From NCBI RefSeq assembly GCF_009914755.1, contig NC_060944.1: DNA of 64,000 nucleotides; one strand, given 5' to 3'. The stretch is from the human T2T-CHM13v2.0 reference genome, Homo sapiens. Each line of letters begins with the position of its first letter. Within the stretch, counting starts at the first letter, position 1. The notes beneath the pieces were generated by a model, which saw nothing but the letters and a program-made list of their open reading frames with translations, did no database searches and was not told the origin of the DNA. Below, piece after piece: positions 1-45,564 of the stretch. The position numbers were made by a program, and so were the translations under genes.

Positions 1-425
1 CGCGGGGAGGGGTGTCCCACAGGCTAAGACTCCAGCACTCGGGGAGGGGCGGGAGGGTAAGAAGAGGGATCTTAGGGCCACTGTCATCACAGTGGCAGCT
101 TCGTTGACTCTCACCCCTTGCCCCAAATCGCCGGCCTGCCGCCACTTCCCCTCACTAGAGACCCCTAGGCGTCGACGGCAGAGTTCCTGAGAACCCTGGA
201 GAAGGAACGGCCTGATACTGAGCTGGGACTCCGACTCCTGGAACAGCCTGAGCCTGATATTATCCGATGCCCCTGAGGTAAAGAGCTGTCATTTGTGAGG
301 ATCTGACAGGGTCTGGATGCAGCCACCTTTGGACAAGTTTTTTGGTTTGTTTGTTTTTGTTTTTTTTCTGCTGAGCATTTTCATCTATATTCTGGAGCTC
401 ATACTTGCATCCTTTGTACTGATTC

Positions 426-975
426 TGTTACCGACCCTCAAGGGGGTATTTGATCCCAGTGGGGTTTTTTCCCTGCTTGGTGCCGTTCATGCCAATAGAC
501 TGAGACCAGGTTCGGTTAAGCAGAGCAGAAACTTTATCATTGATCAAGGAATGGAGAAGGGGAGCCTGTGCTCAAAGCACCTTCTTGGGGCGGGGGGGTG
601 GGGGGGTGGGAGTAGGGCGAAGAGGGATTTGTAAGATGTCTTAGGGCAGTAGGCAGAGCCTGGGGGCGGGGATTCCTGGAAAGATAGGGCTTTCCAGGGA
701 GAACTGGAGTGTGTGCAGTCTCTCCTTCACTCCAGCACTGCATGTGCCCCGGCAAAGTGCACCTCCACCCCCAATCCCCCAACCCCCCAGGGCGGAGATT
801 TCAATGTGGTAATGAGGTGAAGATTCAGGTCAGGGTAGCACTGCTGAGCTCCCTTCTCATCTTGTGGCTTGTTTGTGGTTACTGGCTTCCAGCCTCCATT
901 TTTTAAAGCAAGCACAGCTGTGAACACTGGTTAATTTCACAGGTTTTGGGGCTTGCTGAAAGACTTGGGGTTACT
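426..975. mobile_element. Possible degenerate ERV LTR fragment
   Basis: Starts TGTTACC and has LTR-like composition. Family not identified. Confidence 0.3.
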
Positions 976-1031
976 CTGCAGTGACAATTCCCTACCTTGA
1001 AAATATTTTCCATCTTAAAAGAACTTGATTT

Positions 1032-1720
1032 GCTCTCCCTCTCCCGTCTCCCTCTCCCTCTCCCGTCTCCCTCTCCCTCTCCCTCTCCCGTCTCCCTCTC
1101 CCGTCTCCCTCTCCCGTCTCCCTCTCCCTCTCCCGTCTCCCTCTCCCTCTCCCGTCTCCCTCTCCCTCTCCCGTCTCCCTCTCCCTCTCCCGTCTCCCTC
1201 TCCCTCTCCCGTCTCCCTCTCCCTCTCCCGTCTCCCTCTCCCTCTCCCGTCTCCCTCTCCCTCTCCCGTCTCCCTCTCCCTCTCCCGTCTCCCTCTCCCT
1301 CTCCCGTCTCCCTCTCCCTCTCCCGTCTCCCTCTCCCTCTCCCGTCTCCCTCTCCCTCTCCCGTCTCCCTCTCCCTCTCCCGTCTCCCTCTCCCTCTCCC
1401 GTCTCCCTCTCCCTCTCCCGTCTCCCTCTCCCTCTCCCGTCTCCCTCTCCCTCTCCCGTCTCCCTCTCCCTCTCCCGTCTCCCTCTCCCTCTCCCGTCTC
1501 CCTCTCCCTCTCCCGTCTCCCTCTCCCTCTCCCGTCTCCCTCTCCCTCTCCCGTCTCCCTCTCCCTCTCCCGTCTCCCTCTCCCTCTCCCGTCTCCCTCT
1601 CCCTCTCCCTCTCCCTCTCCCTCTCCCTCTCCCTCTCCCTCTCCCTCTCCCTCTCCCTCTCCCTCTCCCTCTCCCTCTCCCTCTCCGTCTCCGTCTCCGT
1701 CTCCGTCTCCGTCTCCGTCT
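1032..1720 (+). repeat. SVA hexamer head: ~30 CCCGTCT-interrupted units (mostly the 19-mer CCCTCTCCCTCTCCCGTCT), then (CCCTCT)15, then (CCGTCT)6
   Basis: Counted directly: interrupted block to 1594, pure hexamer 1595-1684, CCGTCT block 1685-1720. Confidence 0.95.
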
Positions 1721-2099
1721 CCCTCCACGGTCTCCCTCTCAAGCCGAGCCAAAGCTGGACGGTACTGCTGCCATCTCGGCTCACTGCAACCTCCCTGCCT
1801 GATTCTCCTGCCTCAGCCTGCCGAGTGCCTGCGATTGCAGGCGCGCGCCGCCACGCCTGACTGGTTTTCGTTTTTTTTTGGTGGAGATGGGGTTTCGCTG
1901 TGTTGGCCGGGCTGCTCTCCAGCTCCTAACCGCGAGTGATCCGCCAGCCTCGGCCTCCCGAGGTGCCGGGATTGCAGATGAAGTCTCGTTCACTCAGTGC
2001 TCAATGGTGCCCAGGCTGGAGTGCAGTGGCGTGATCTCGGCTCGCTACAACCACCTCCCAGCCGCCTGCCTTGGCCTCCCAAAGAGCCGAGATTGCAGC

Positions 2100-3910
2100 C
2101 TCTGCCCGGCCGCCACCCCGTCTGGGAAGTGAGGAGCGTCTCTGCTTGGCCACCCATCGTCTGGGATATGAGGAGCCCCTCTGCCTGGCTGCCCAGTGTG
2201 GAAAGTGAGGAGCGTCTCTGCCCGGCCGCCATCCCATCTAGGAAGCGAGAAGCGCCTCTTCCCCGCCGCCATCCCATCTAGGAAGTGAGGAGCGTCTCTG
2301 CCCGGCCGCCCATCGTCTGAGATGTGGGGAGCACCTCTGCCCCACCGCCCTGTCTGGGATGTGAGGAGCGCCTCTGCTGGGCCGCAACCCTGTCTGGGAG
2401 GTGAGGAGTGTCTCTGCCCGGCCGCTCCGTCTGAGAAGTGAGGAAACCCTCTGCCTGGCAACCGCCCCGTCTGAGAAGTGAGGAGCCCCTCCGTCTGGCA
2501 ACCACCCCGTCTGGGAAGTGAGGAGCGTCTCCGCCCGGCAGCCACCCCGTCCGGGAGGGAGGTGGGGGGGGTCAGCCCCCCGCCCGGCCAGCCGCCCCGT
2601 CCGGGAGGTGAGGGGCTCCTCTGCCCGGCCGCCCCTACTGGGAAGTGAGGAGCCCCTCTGCCCGGCCAGCCGCCCCGTCCGGGAGGGAGGCGGGGGGGGG
2701 GGGGGGTCGGCCAGCCGCCCCGTCCGGGAGGGAGGTGGGGGGGTCAGCCCCCCGCCCGGCCGGCCGCCCCGTCCGGGAGGTGAGGGGCGCCTCTGCCCGG
2801 CCGCCCCTACTGGGAAGTGAGGACCCCTCTGCCCGGCCAGTCGCCCCGTCCAGGAGGGAGGTGGGGGGGTCAACCCCCCGCCCGGCCAGCCGCCCAGTCC
2901 GGGAGGGAGGTGGGGGGTCAGCCCCCCGCCTGGCCAGCCGCCCCGTCCGGGAGGTGAGGGGCGCCTCTGCCCGGCCGCCCCTACTGGGAAGTGAGGAGCC
3001 CCTCTGCCCGGCCAGCCGCCCCGCCCAGGAGGGAGGTGGGGGGGTCAGCCCCCCGCCTGGCCAGCCGCCCCATCCGGGAGGGAGGTGGGGGGGTCAGCCC
3101 CCCGCCCGGCCAGCCGCCTCGTCCGGGAGGGGGGAGGGGGGGTCAGCCCCCTGCCCGGCCAGCCGCCCCGTCCGGGAGGGAGGTGGGGGGGGTCAGCCCC
3201 CTGCCTGGCCAGCCGCCCCGTCCGGGAGGTGAGGGGCGCCTCTGCCCGGCCGCCCCTACTGGGAAGTGAGGACCCCTCTGCCCGGCCAGCCGCCCCGTCC
3301 GGGAGGGAGGTGGGGGGGGTCAGCACCCCGCCCGGCCAGCCGCCCCGTCCGGGAGGGAGGTGGGGGGATCAGCCCCCTGCCTGGCCAGCCGCCCCGTCCG
3401 GGAGGTGAGGGGCGCCTCTGCCCGGCCGCCCCTACTGGGAAGTGAGGACCCCTCTGCCCGGCCAGCCGCCCCGTCCGGGAGGGAGGTGGGGGGGGTCAGC
3501 ACCCCGCCCGGCCAGCCGCCCCGTCCGGGAGGGAGGTGGGGGGATCAGCCCCCTGCCTGGCCAGCCGCCCCGTCCGGGAGGTGAGGGGCGCCTCTGCCCG
3601 GCCGCCCCTACTGGGAAGTGAGGACCCCTCTGCCCGGCCAGCCGCCCTGTCCGGGAGGGAGGTGGGGGGAACAGCCCCCCGCCCGGCCAGCCGCCCTATC
3701 CAGGAGGTGAGGGGCGCCTCTGCCCGGCCGCCCCTACTGGGAAGTGAGGAGCCCCTCTGCCTGGCCAGCCGCCCCGTCCGGGAGGGCGGTGGGGGGGTCA
3801 GCCCCCCGCCCGGCCAGCCGCCCCATCTGGGAGGTGAGGGGCACTTCTGCCGGGCCGCCCCTACTGGGAAGTGAGGAGCCCCTCTGCCCGGCCACGACCC
3901 CGTCTGGGAG
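2100..3910 (+). repeat. SVA VNTR with a 176-bp higher-order repeat at ~3190-3660
   Basis: 35-50 bp GC-rich units. Identical ORF segments recur 176 bp apart (3360 vs 3536). Confidence 0.9.
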
Positions 3911-4950
3911 GTGTGCCCAGCGGCTCATTGGGGATGGGCCATGATGACAATGGCGGTTTTGTGGAATAGAAAGGCGGGAAGGGTGGGGAAAAAATTGAGA
4001 AATCGGATGGTTGCTGGGTCTGTGTGGATAGAAGTAGACATGGGAGACTTTTCATTTTGTTCTGTACTAAGAAAAATTCTTCTGCCTTGGGATCCTGTTG
4101 ATCTGTGACCTTATCCCCAACCCTGTGCTCTCTGAGACATGTGCTGTGTCCACTCAGGGTTAGATGGATTAAGGGCGGTGCAAGATGTGCTTTGTTGAAC
4201 AGATGCTTGAGGGCAGCATGCTCGTTGAGAGTCATCACCACTCCCTAATCTTAAGTACCCAGGGACACAAACGCTGCGGAAGGCCGCAGGGTCCTCTGCC
4301 TAGGAAAACCAGAGACCTTTGTTCACTTGTTTATCTGCTGACCTTCCCTCCACTATTGTCCTATGACCCTGCCAAATCCCCCTCTGCGAGAAACACCCAA
4401 GAATGATCAATAAAAATAAAAAAAAAAAAAAAAAAAAAAAAGAACTTGATTTAACATCTGTTGGTTCTGTCATATTTTCCAGGTTGCGTCTTCAAATGTC
4501 TTGCCCCCAAAATACCAGTTTTTAAAATTAATACGTGATATTGTATCCTTGCAAAATATTTGTAACATGTATGAAAGTTATGAACCTCTCTAAACCAAGA
4601 GACCACATCAATCTAAAAGACAGATGTTATCAGGTTAGGGCCTCTTCCTGTGTGCTCCTCATCTTACTGTGCAAGCTGGGATTCCTGGACAATGGCAAAT
4701 TGAACTGCTCTTCACAGATATCTTTGACTTGATATTGATTTAAAATGAACTGCTTGCTTCTAAGTTTCCACCATTAAGAATTATGTACATTGTTGTAGAT
4801 TTCTGGTAGTTAACTTTTATTCAGTTAAAGAAATTCCTTTCAAGACCTAGTTTACTAACAATTTTGGTCAAGAATGGATGTTGAATTATAAAATTGCTTT
4901 TTCTATGTCTATTATGAGAACTATTCTACTGTATTCTGTTTATTCAGTGA

Positions 4951-13535
<8,585 letters not shown>

Positions 13536-14011
13536 AGAAGAAGTTTCGAATACGTCTCCCACTTGGGTTTGGGAGCTTCTAGTTTCATTCCAACCACTTA
13601 CTGTGTGTCCACTATGTGCCAAGAATTATGCAAGATAAGTTTATGCATCTTCGTATCTTTGGAGGTAGATGAATAACGAATATACACATGAATGCATGAG
13701 ACCGGGAGGTATAGGTAAGAACTAGCCAGACCCAAAATTCCAGACAAAATATTAACAATTTCCACTTAGCCCTTGATTTTTCCCCAAGGTGCTGACAATA
13801 GGGGACCCCTCCAGGATCTCTGTTAAATACACATGTTCTGGTGAGGGTAGAATTAAGTATGAGACAGGAGGGCACATTCAATGATTTCTAAATAGTGTGG
13901 GGTCAAAGGCCCCACGTTGGACAAAGCCCAGAGGCAACCTCCCCCAATCTTAAGATCATGGTTTGGGATACCCACTGCACACAGGAATTTGTCACTCTGT
14001 TCTTCCATGCC

Positions 14012-14017
14012 TTTATT
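14012..14017 (-). terminator. PCED1A: PCED1A polyadenylation signal AATAAA
   Basis: TTTATT on the plus strand, ~120 nt past the stop codon. Confidence 0.85.
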
Positions 14018-14135
14018 GGTGACAGCAATGGACAAGAACAATACCAGGCATAGCAGACACCCTAGCCCAGTACCTGAGGTGCCAGGCAGGCCCTGAAGGG
14101 CCATTGGCACATCCAGTCCCAGCCCAAGATCCAGT

Positions 14136-14383
14136 CTACCCAGGCCATGTCCCCGAATGGGCAGGAGGCCGTCTGTCCAGTTTGTATGTGTGGATCAGTC
14201 TCTCTGAGTGTCTGAGCCGCTGCCTGCAGGGCCCCCCCATTCTCCGCACATGGTAGGGGCTGTTAGGAACATAGCGTGGCATCCCCCGGTGGACCACTGG
14301 GCCCCAGTGCTGACCATGGGGATTAGGGCCAGGGATTGGAGGTGGCAGAGGGCCAGGCACAAAGTTCACTCCAGGGCCACATC
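14136..14383 (-). CDS. PCED1A: PCED1A last coding exon (GCGPGVN...GTWPG*)
   Basis: TTTTGTAG| acceptor. TAG stop at 14138-14136. Confidence 0.95.
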
Positions 14384-17300
14384 CTACAAAAGAACCAGTC
14401 ATTATAAGAGCAGGCTTCTGGCCAGAGTGAGTGCAGCTCTGCCTTGAAGCAACTCTTGTCCTCCAGGTGAGCTTCTCTGTTTCCCTATCTACAAAAAAGG
14501 GATAGTCCTTCCCCTACCTTCAGACGGTGAAACAGTGACAACCAGTGAGCTGATTAATGAACCTACAGATGATGTTTCAGACTCAGGGACTGCTGTGACC
14601 AAACCCAGTGCTAGGGGCACAAGGAGCTACCCAACTCCTCTCAGCTCACCTAGGCATAGGAGGCTGGGTAAGGGGAGGTACAAGAGGGTGGGGGAGCTGC
14701 AGAAGCACCTACCTAAGTGGGGTGGCATCGAGAAGTCCTCCACTGGATTATAGTTGAAGAATTCATGGGGTGGGAAGGGCTGGCCTGGGAAAAAAGGGGT
14801 ATCCTGGGGCAGGGGTGGGAAGAGGGGAGGTGGCGAGGGCTGAGGAAGCGGGTAGGGAAAAGGCATGGGAGGAGGCAAAGAAGAAGGTGGGGGTGGGAGC
14901 AAGGCCAGGTGCTCCCCGAAGTCTGGGGTCTGCCTATGGCTTCCCTGGAATGGATGATTCATCTCTGCCCAGTCCTCAATCCACGGGTCTAGGAATGGGA
15001 TGGTTGTTTTAGGTAGGCTTGGGAGCCAGGCTGCCCTGAACTCTGGCCATCCACACTTCTAAAGCTCTATTCCTTCCTCTTGGAGAGCAGAGCCACCAGG
15101 CTGGAGCATCCTTGCCCTCTACCCAGTTTTCCTCATTCCCTCTCATTTCAGGCCAAGCCCAAAGTGTGTTCCTTCTCTCTTACCTCTCAGACTTACCTTT
15201 GTTCTAACCTACACTTCCCTCCAGAGCCTTCTTTGTTTGCCCAGGTCTTGTATCTAGCTTTTTCCTCGCCCACCTCCTCCCCATAGACCAGTAAATAAGC
15301 CAAACATAAAGATCCTGTTATTCCCTTCCCCAACAACTTCCTTTTACCATCCAAACTTCCAAAAGGAATGTTTTGCCCAATTTCCACTTCCTCCTCAATT
15401 GCTCACTCCCTCCTTTAATCCAAACCCATGCCCTCAACACTTTTCCTACTAAATGTAACCACTTGCTAACAAATTCCCTTCTTCTCAACAGTCATGTGAC
15501 ACTGCCAGCAGCCTCAGTCCTTCCTAAAAGTGCCCCTGCCCTCATCTCCTTTTGTTTCCGCCATAGCCCCTCTTTCCTGCCAATCCAAAGCATGAGCATC
15601 GTTCTGTCTCCCTCACAGCTGCCACTGTGCCCTCAGTTTTAATCTCTCTGCTGGGTACCAATGACTGCAAATCTACTCTGTATTTCCAAAGAACCTCAAA
15701 TCAATCTGCTGTGACCAAACTCACCAACTCATCCTTCCACCCCAAATCAACTCTCCCTTTTCATGGCCCTAACTTCTGTAGCTCCAAATTGGATTTCAAA
15801 GGCCTAAGCCATCAAAACTAGCCTTACAACCTTCAGGGCATCCCATCATTTGCTGGGGATCAATTATTACATCTAAACAAGAAAATGGGGATGTTTAACC
15901 AAAATCTGTATTCACCTCCCTGATGCTCCAACTCCTGGCTACCAAGTGTTACAGGTCTGTCTCTATGATATTCCTGGACTCTCTGTGCCCCCACATCCTC
16001 TTGTGCTGCCATAATCGGCCTTCTAACATGACTCGTGCCTCCCATTCAACAAATACAATTCTGTTGATACTGTGTACAGGGAAATTGTGCTAGACACTGG
16101 GGCTGAAAGGGGTGAGTCGTCAACAAGTGCAGCAGGAAACTTGCCCTTTAAGGACACGATGCAGGGGAGAAGCAGCCATGGAGACAATCAGCCATGGTGC
16201 CCTCTTTGTGTGCATGCAGGGACTAGGGTGTTGACATGGAAACAGAGGTTCTGCAGCAGAGTGTTACAGTTGAGATGTGATGGGGAGCAGTGCCTCAAAA
16301 CAAGGGGGAGTGGGGCCCTCAGAAGCCTCCACCAAAGGCCCAGAGATGGGGCCCGAGGAGAGCTACACCAAGCTGCACCAGTCACAGTGGGACTCTGAGG
16401 CTGAACTAAGAAGCCTATGGAACACTGTCCATTGAGCCCAAGTCCATAAGGCTGGCCTTCCCGATGCAACATCCCTGTTCCACACCCTGCCAGTTGACTG
16501 TACCCCCACCCCCCAGCTGTGGGCTTCTTTGCTTCTGCCACACTGCCTGGATGGCCCTTCCTCCCTGTCTTTCCACTCCTCACACCCATGCCCCATTTCT
16601 TTCCTGTTAATCTGTTGGGTAGGACCCTTGCAACATGCTGCCTTATGTGGTCAATACTTGTACAAGCTCCTTCAAGCACACAGAAATGACTACACAGCCA
16701 GACTGTAGAAAACTGGAACTTGGACAAGAATATTGCTCCGATGATCTAACCCTCCTCAGGGGTTGAGGAAGGTGCATGCAGAAGCCACAGGAGTCCTTCA
16801 AGGGACCTCTACTTCCCTTGAGTGGCTGTGTCCCATTCTGTTTCTGAGCCCTGTCCTCTGAGGGCCCCAGTGCATCACTACCCCCCCACTTATGGTAGGG
16901 CTCACCAGGGGGATAGCCACGCTTGGGCAGCTCCACGCCCCAGGCGTCAGCCACATGGGTCAGAAGCAGGTGTGAGAGGTGGCGGTGTGCATGCTGGTCC
17001 CAGTGGACACCATCCCGATGACGGTGCTGTACTGCATGCCGGAAGTGAAAGTGGAGGTCTAGGACATCAAAGCAGTGGTCCCCGGCCAGCGTAGCACTGT
17101 AGAAGTTCCCTTCAACCACATCCCGCCGCAGGGAGCCTGCCAGGGGCTGGAGCTAAGTGAGAAAGTGCAGCCTCTAAGAGCCACAGAACGCAGCAGGGTC
17201 TGAAAGCAGGGTGTCCTATCTACCAGTCTGCTATCCCATCTCTTGTCCTGATGGGCCTCAGTCACTTGCCTCTGGCAGGAGGAAACCCCCAGTGATACGT

Positions 17301-18586
17301 TCCCCGAGGGGCATCGCCATGTTCCACACCAGCAGGCAGGAGTCTGGCAATACTTGGTCCATGCGCACAAACACCCGCTCCAGGTTCTCCCGGTAGCTCT
17401 CCATTGAGCAGCGACCATATCTGTTGGATAACACACAGGGTGGGCAAGAGCACAAGGGTGGACTGCCTCAGCCGTACTTCCAGCCCCAACCAGTATTCCC
17501 CTTTCCCTCGCCCCAACCTGGAGAGATCCCAGAGGCAGGAGTTGATGATCACCAGGTCCGGGGCAGGTCCATATGTCAGCTCTTCCAGAACATCCTCAAG
17601 GTACTCGGAGTAAACACGAGTGAGGAAGTAGAAGCGCACAAGGTGGTGGCCAGAGCCCGAGCAGAACTGGCGGACCTCACGATACTGTGTCCCGTTGTGC
17701 AGCTCGCCCAGCTGGCCCCCAGCCACCAGCTGGTCCTGTTCAAAGCTCAGCTCCCCCTACCCACCCCCCCCACCCTACTGGTCAGACCCATGCCAGGGAG
17801 GAGAACCCTGCCAGGCCAGGGTCTGTGCCCACCCACCACTGACATGGCCACCAAGCTTCCCTCACCTTGGCTTTCAGCTGGGCAGCTGTGAGCAGTGAGT
17901 CTTTCTGGAGCAAGAGCACCAGGTCCTTGTACACAGCCCTCTGAACTGGGAGGAGACAGAGATCCCAAGGCTGAGGCAGACCTCAGCCTGCCCCAGCTCC
18001 TTCCAAGTCCAGGACCCCATTTTCCCAGGGCTGAGGTGCCCGACACCAGCTCTGTGGTTGACTTAGACGCAGGAGAAAAGATGAGGTTAAAAAGTCCTGG
18101 CATTGCCTCTGTTCTGTGTGCCTCCTGGCCAGCAGTATACAGTGACCCAAGATCACCTGGCAGAAATTAAGTCGGCCAAGTCACCCAGGAGACACACTAC
18201 ACAATGCAACGCTTTCGTGATGGAAATTATGGGGAGCTGTCAGGGCGAGAAATGCTGAGCAAGGATGGGCTAAAAAGTGCACAGGTTATTACACCTGTCA
18301 GGACTCCTGTGGAAGATGTGTGGGACATAAAAAGAGAAAACCTACTGGACGGAACAGACCAGAAGACAGACAAGAGATGTGAGATGGAAACAAATGGTCC
18401 AGACACACTGAACGGGCTGCAAGGTGTGGGACTGGAAGCGTCACCCTAGAAGAGGCACTCACTGGAGTCCCCCAAGATGACCACGAACTTGTTGTGTAGC
18501 AGCTGCTGGACTTCCGAGGCCTGGAAGTGGACCATGTCGCTTCGCAGCGGGCGGCGCGGCTCCTCGCTCGACAGACAGAAGACCAT
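14136..18586 (-). CDS. PCED1A: PC-esterase domain-containing protein 1A (FAM113A), spliced CDS of 454 aa
   Basis: Seven exons (18463-18586, 17866-17945, 17518-17756, 17270-17420, 16906-17152, 14713-14988, 14136-14383) sum to 1365 nt in frame. Has GDS and DGVH motifs and a Pro-rich C-terminus. Confidence 0.96.
14713..14988 (-). CDS. PCED1A: PCED1A coding exon 6 (DPWIEDW...Pro-rich...PPHL)
   Basis: CCTAG| acceptor, |GTAGGT donor, 276 nt. Confidence 0.95.
16906..17152 (-). CDS. PCED1A: PCED1A coding exon 5 (LQPLAGS...DGVHW...GYPP)
   Basis: CTTAG| acceptor, |GTGAG donor, 247 nt. Confidence 0.95.
17270..17420 (-). CDS. PCED1A: PCED1A coding exon 4 (YGRCSMES...FLLPE)
   Basis: CAACAG| acceptor, non-canonical GAG|GCAAGT donor, 151 nt. 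Confidence 0.92.
17518..17756 (-). CDS. PCED1A: PCED1A coding exon 3 (GELSFEQD...LWDLSR)
   Basis: G-rich TAG acceptor, |GTTGGG donor, 239 nt. Confidence 0.92.
17866..17945 (-). CDS. PCED1A: PCED1A coding exon 2 (IQRAVYKD...QLKAK)
   Basis: CCCAG| acceptor, |GTGAG donor, 80 nt, phase-consistent. Confidence 0.95.
18463..18586 (-). CDS. PCED1A: PCED1A coding exon 1 ([10 protein letters not shown]...VILGDS)
   Basis: ATG at 18586. Acceptor CCCTGCAG| before 18607. Donor |GTGAGT. Confidence 0.95.
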
Positions 18587-18884
18587 GCCGCCACCAGCAA
18601 CGACAGGCTGCAGGGAGAGGCCACTAAGCAGCGCGATGGTGGGGACTCTGGGCAGGTCAGCCTCAGGGCTAGCCCCTCCGGGGCTGCTCAATGCTAAAGG
18701 GAGGAGGTGACGGCAGCAGAGCCATGGTGGCGCCAGCCTTGGTCACACTTGGTACCAGAGGCAGGGGGTCGTCCAGCCAGCAGGCCTCCAGGGCACTGGG
18801 GAGCTTCCCGCGCGGCGCCGCCCTGCGCCTCGCCACGTGCCCGCCGCCGTCCCGCGCATGCGCGCACCCGCTCGCGCCAATTAC

Positions 18885-19390
18885 CAAGTCCCGGGGCTCC
18901 GCGGTGTTCACCCGCGACCCGGGTATGCCTGCGCACCGCGCGCCTGGCCCGCAGCGGGCTCCTAGCCAAGCCTCATGTTCCCGCGCCCCAGTCGGCCAGT
19001 CGGTTCTGCAAAGCTCCCGCCCCGCAGAGACCGTGGGTCCAGGTTAGCCGTCGGTGCACAGCCCAGCGCCCAGCGCTCTCCATGCGAGCGTCGCGGTGGC
19101 CCCGACGGCGCCTCAGGCCTCGGCGCCTCGGGCTGCGACGCTCACAGCTTCCACTTCCGTTCACCCATGTCCCGCCCTGAGCGACCCCCAGTGCCCGAAG
19201 GGAAAGCAAGGCGATGGAGGTGGCCGCCACAGGGCGCAGGAGCCAGGGCTGGGCCCACTTGGCGGGCGCGAAGCCCAGGTACGGGCTGGGGTCTCGGGGC
19301 GGCAGCCAAGTGAGGCTGCCCACAGTGGTGATGGCCGCGGCGGCGGCCTCGCCACGTGACCCGGACGGGCGGAAGCGGAAGTGCCGGCCT
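18885..19390 (-). other. PCED1A: PCED1A non-coding first exon (TSS approximate)
   Basis: Donor TTG|GTAATT at 18884, inside the CpG island and upstream of the ATG exon acceptor. Confidence 0.7.
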
Positions 19391-19448
19391 GGAGCCCGCT
19401 CTAGGTGGGTGTCCCCTCGGTGCTTCCCAGCTGCCGTCTGCACCAGCC

Positions 19449-45420
<25,972 letters not shown>

Positions 45421-45558
45421 GGAGTCCATCCTGTACATCTCAAGCAAGGGGTTCCTCCCCTAGCACCTGGGCTTGGCAGAAGGGCCATAGTTCATCCAGC
45501 TCCTCCCCTAGAGCAATGCTGAGGAGCGGGGGCATGGTAGCAGGGCTGTCTGGTTTTA

Positions 45559-45564
45559 AATAAA
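45559..45564 (+). terminator. VPS16: VPS16 polyadenylation signal AATAAA
   Basis: ~140 nt after the stop codon. Confidence 0.88.

Larger units (their letters stand above)
1032..4441 (+). mobile_element. Full-length SVA retrotransposon (probably a young subfamily such as SVA_E)
   Basis: Modules in order: (CCCTCT)n-type head 1032-1720, Alu-like region ~1730-2100, GC-rich VNTR ~2100-3910, SINE-R ~3910-4415, AATAAA 4409-4414, poly(A). Perfect TSD AAAAGAACTTGATTT at 1017-1031 and 4438-4452, at a TT|AAAA L1-endonuclease site. Subfamily call is from memory of consensus sequences. Confidence 0.97.

Noticed and set aside
903-1939. Long poly-SP/SL/RE/GE ORFs on both strands
   Set aside because: They are the stop-free SVA hexamer repeat read in several frames from non-ATG starts. 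There is no evidence of coding function.
1878-4406. Many Pro/Gly/Arg-rich ORFs
   Set aside because: Translations of the SVA Alu-like, VNTR and SINE-R regions.
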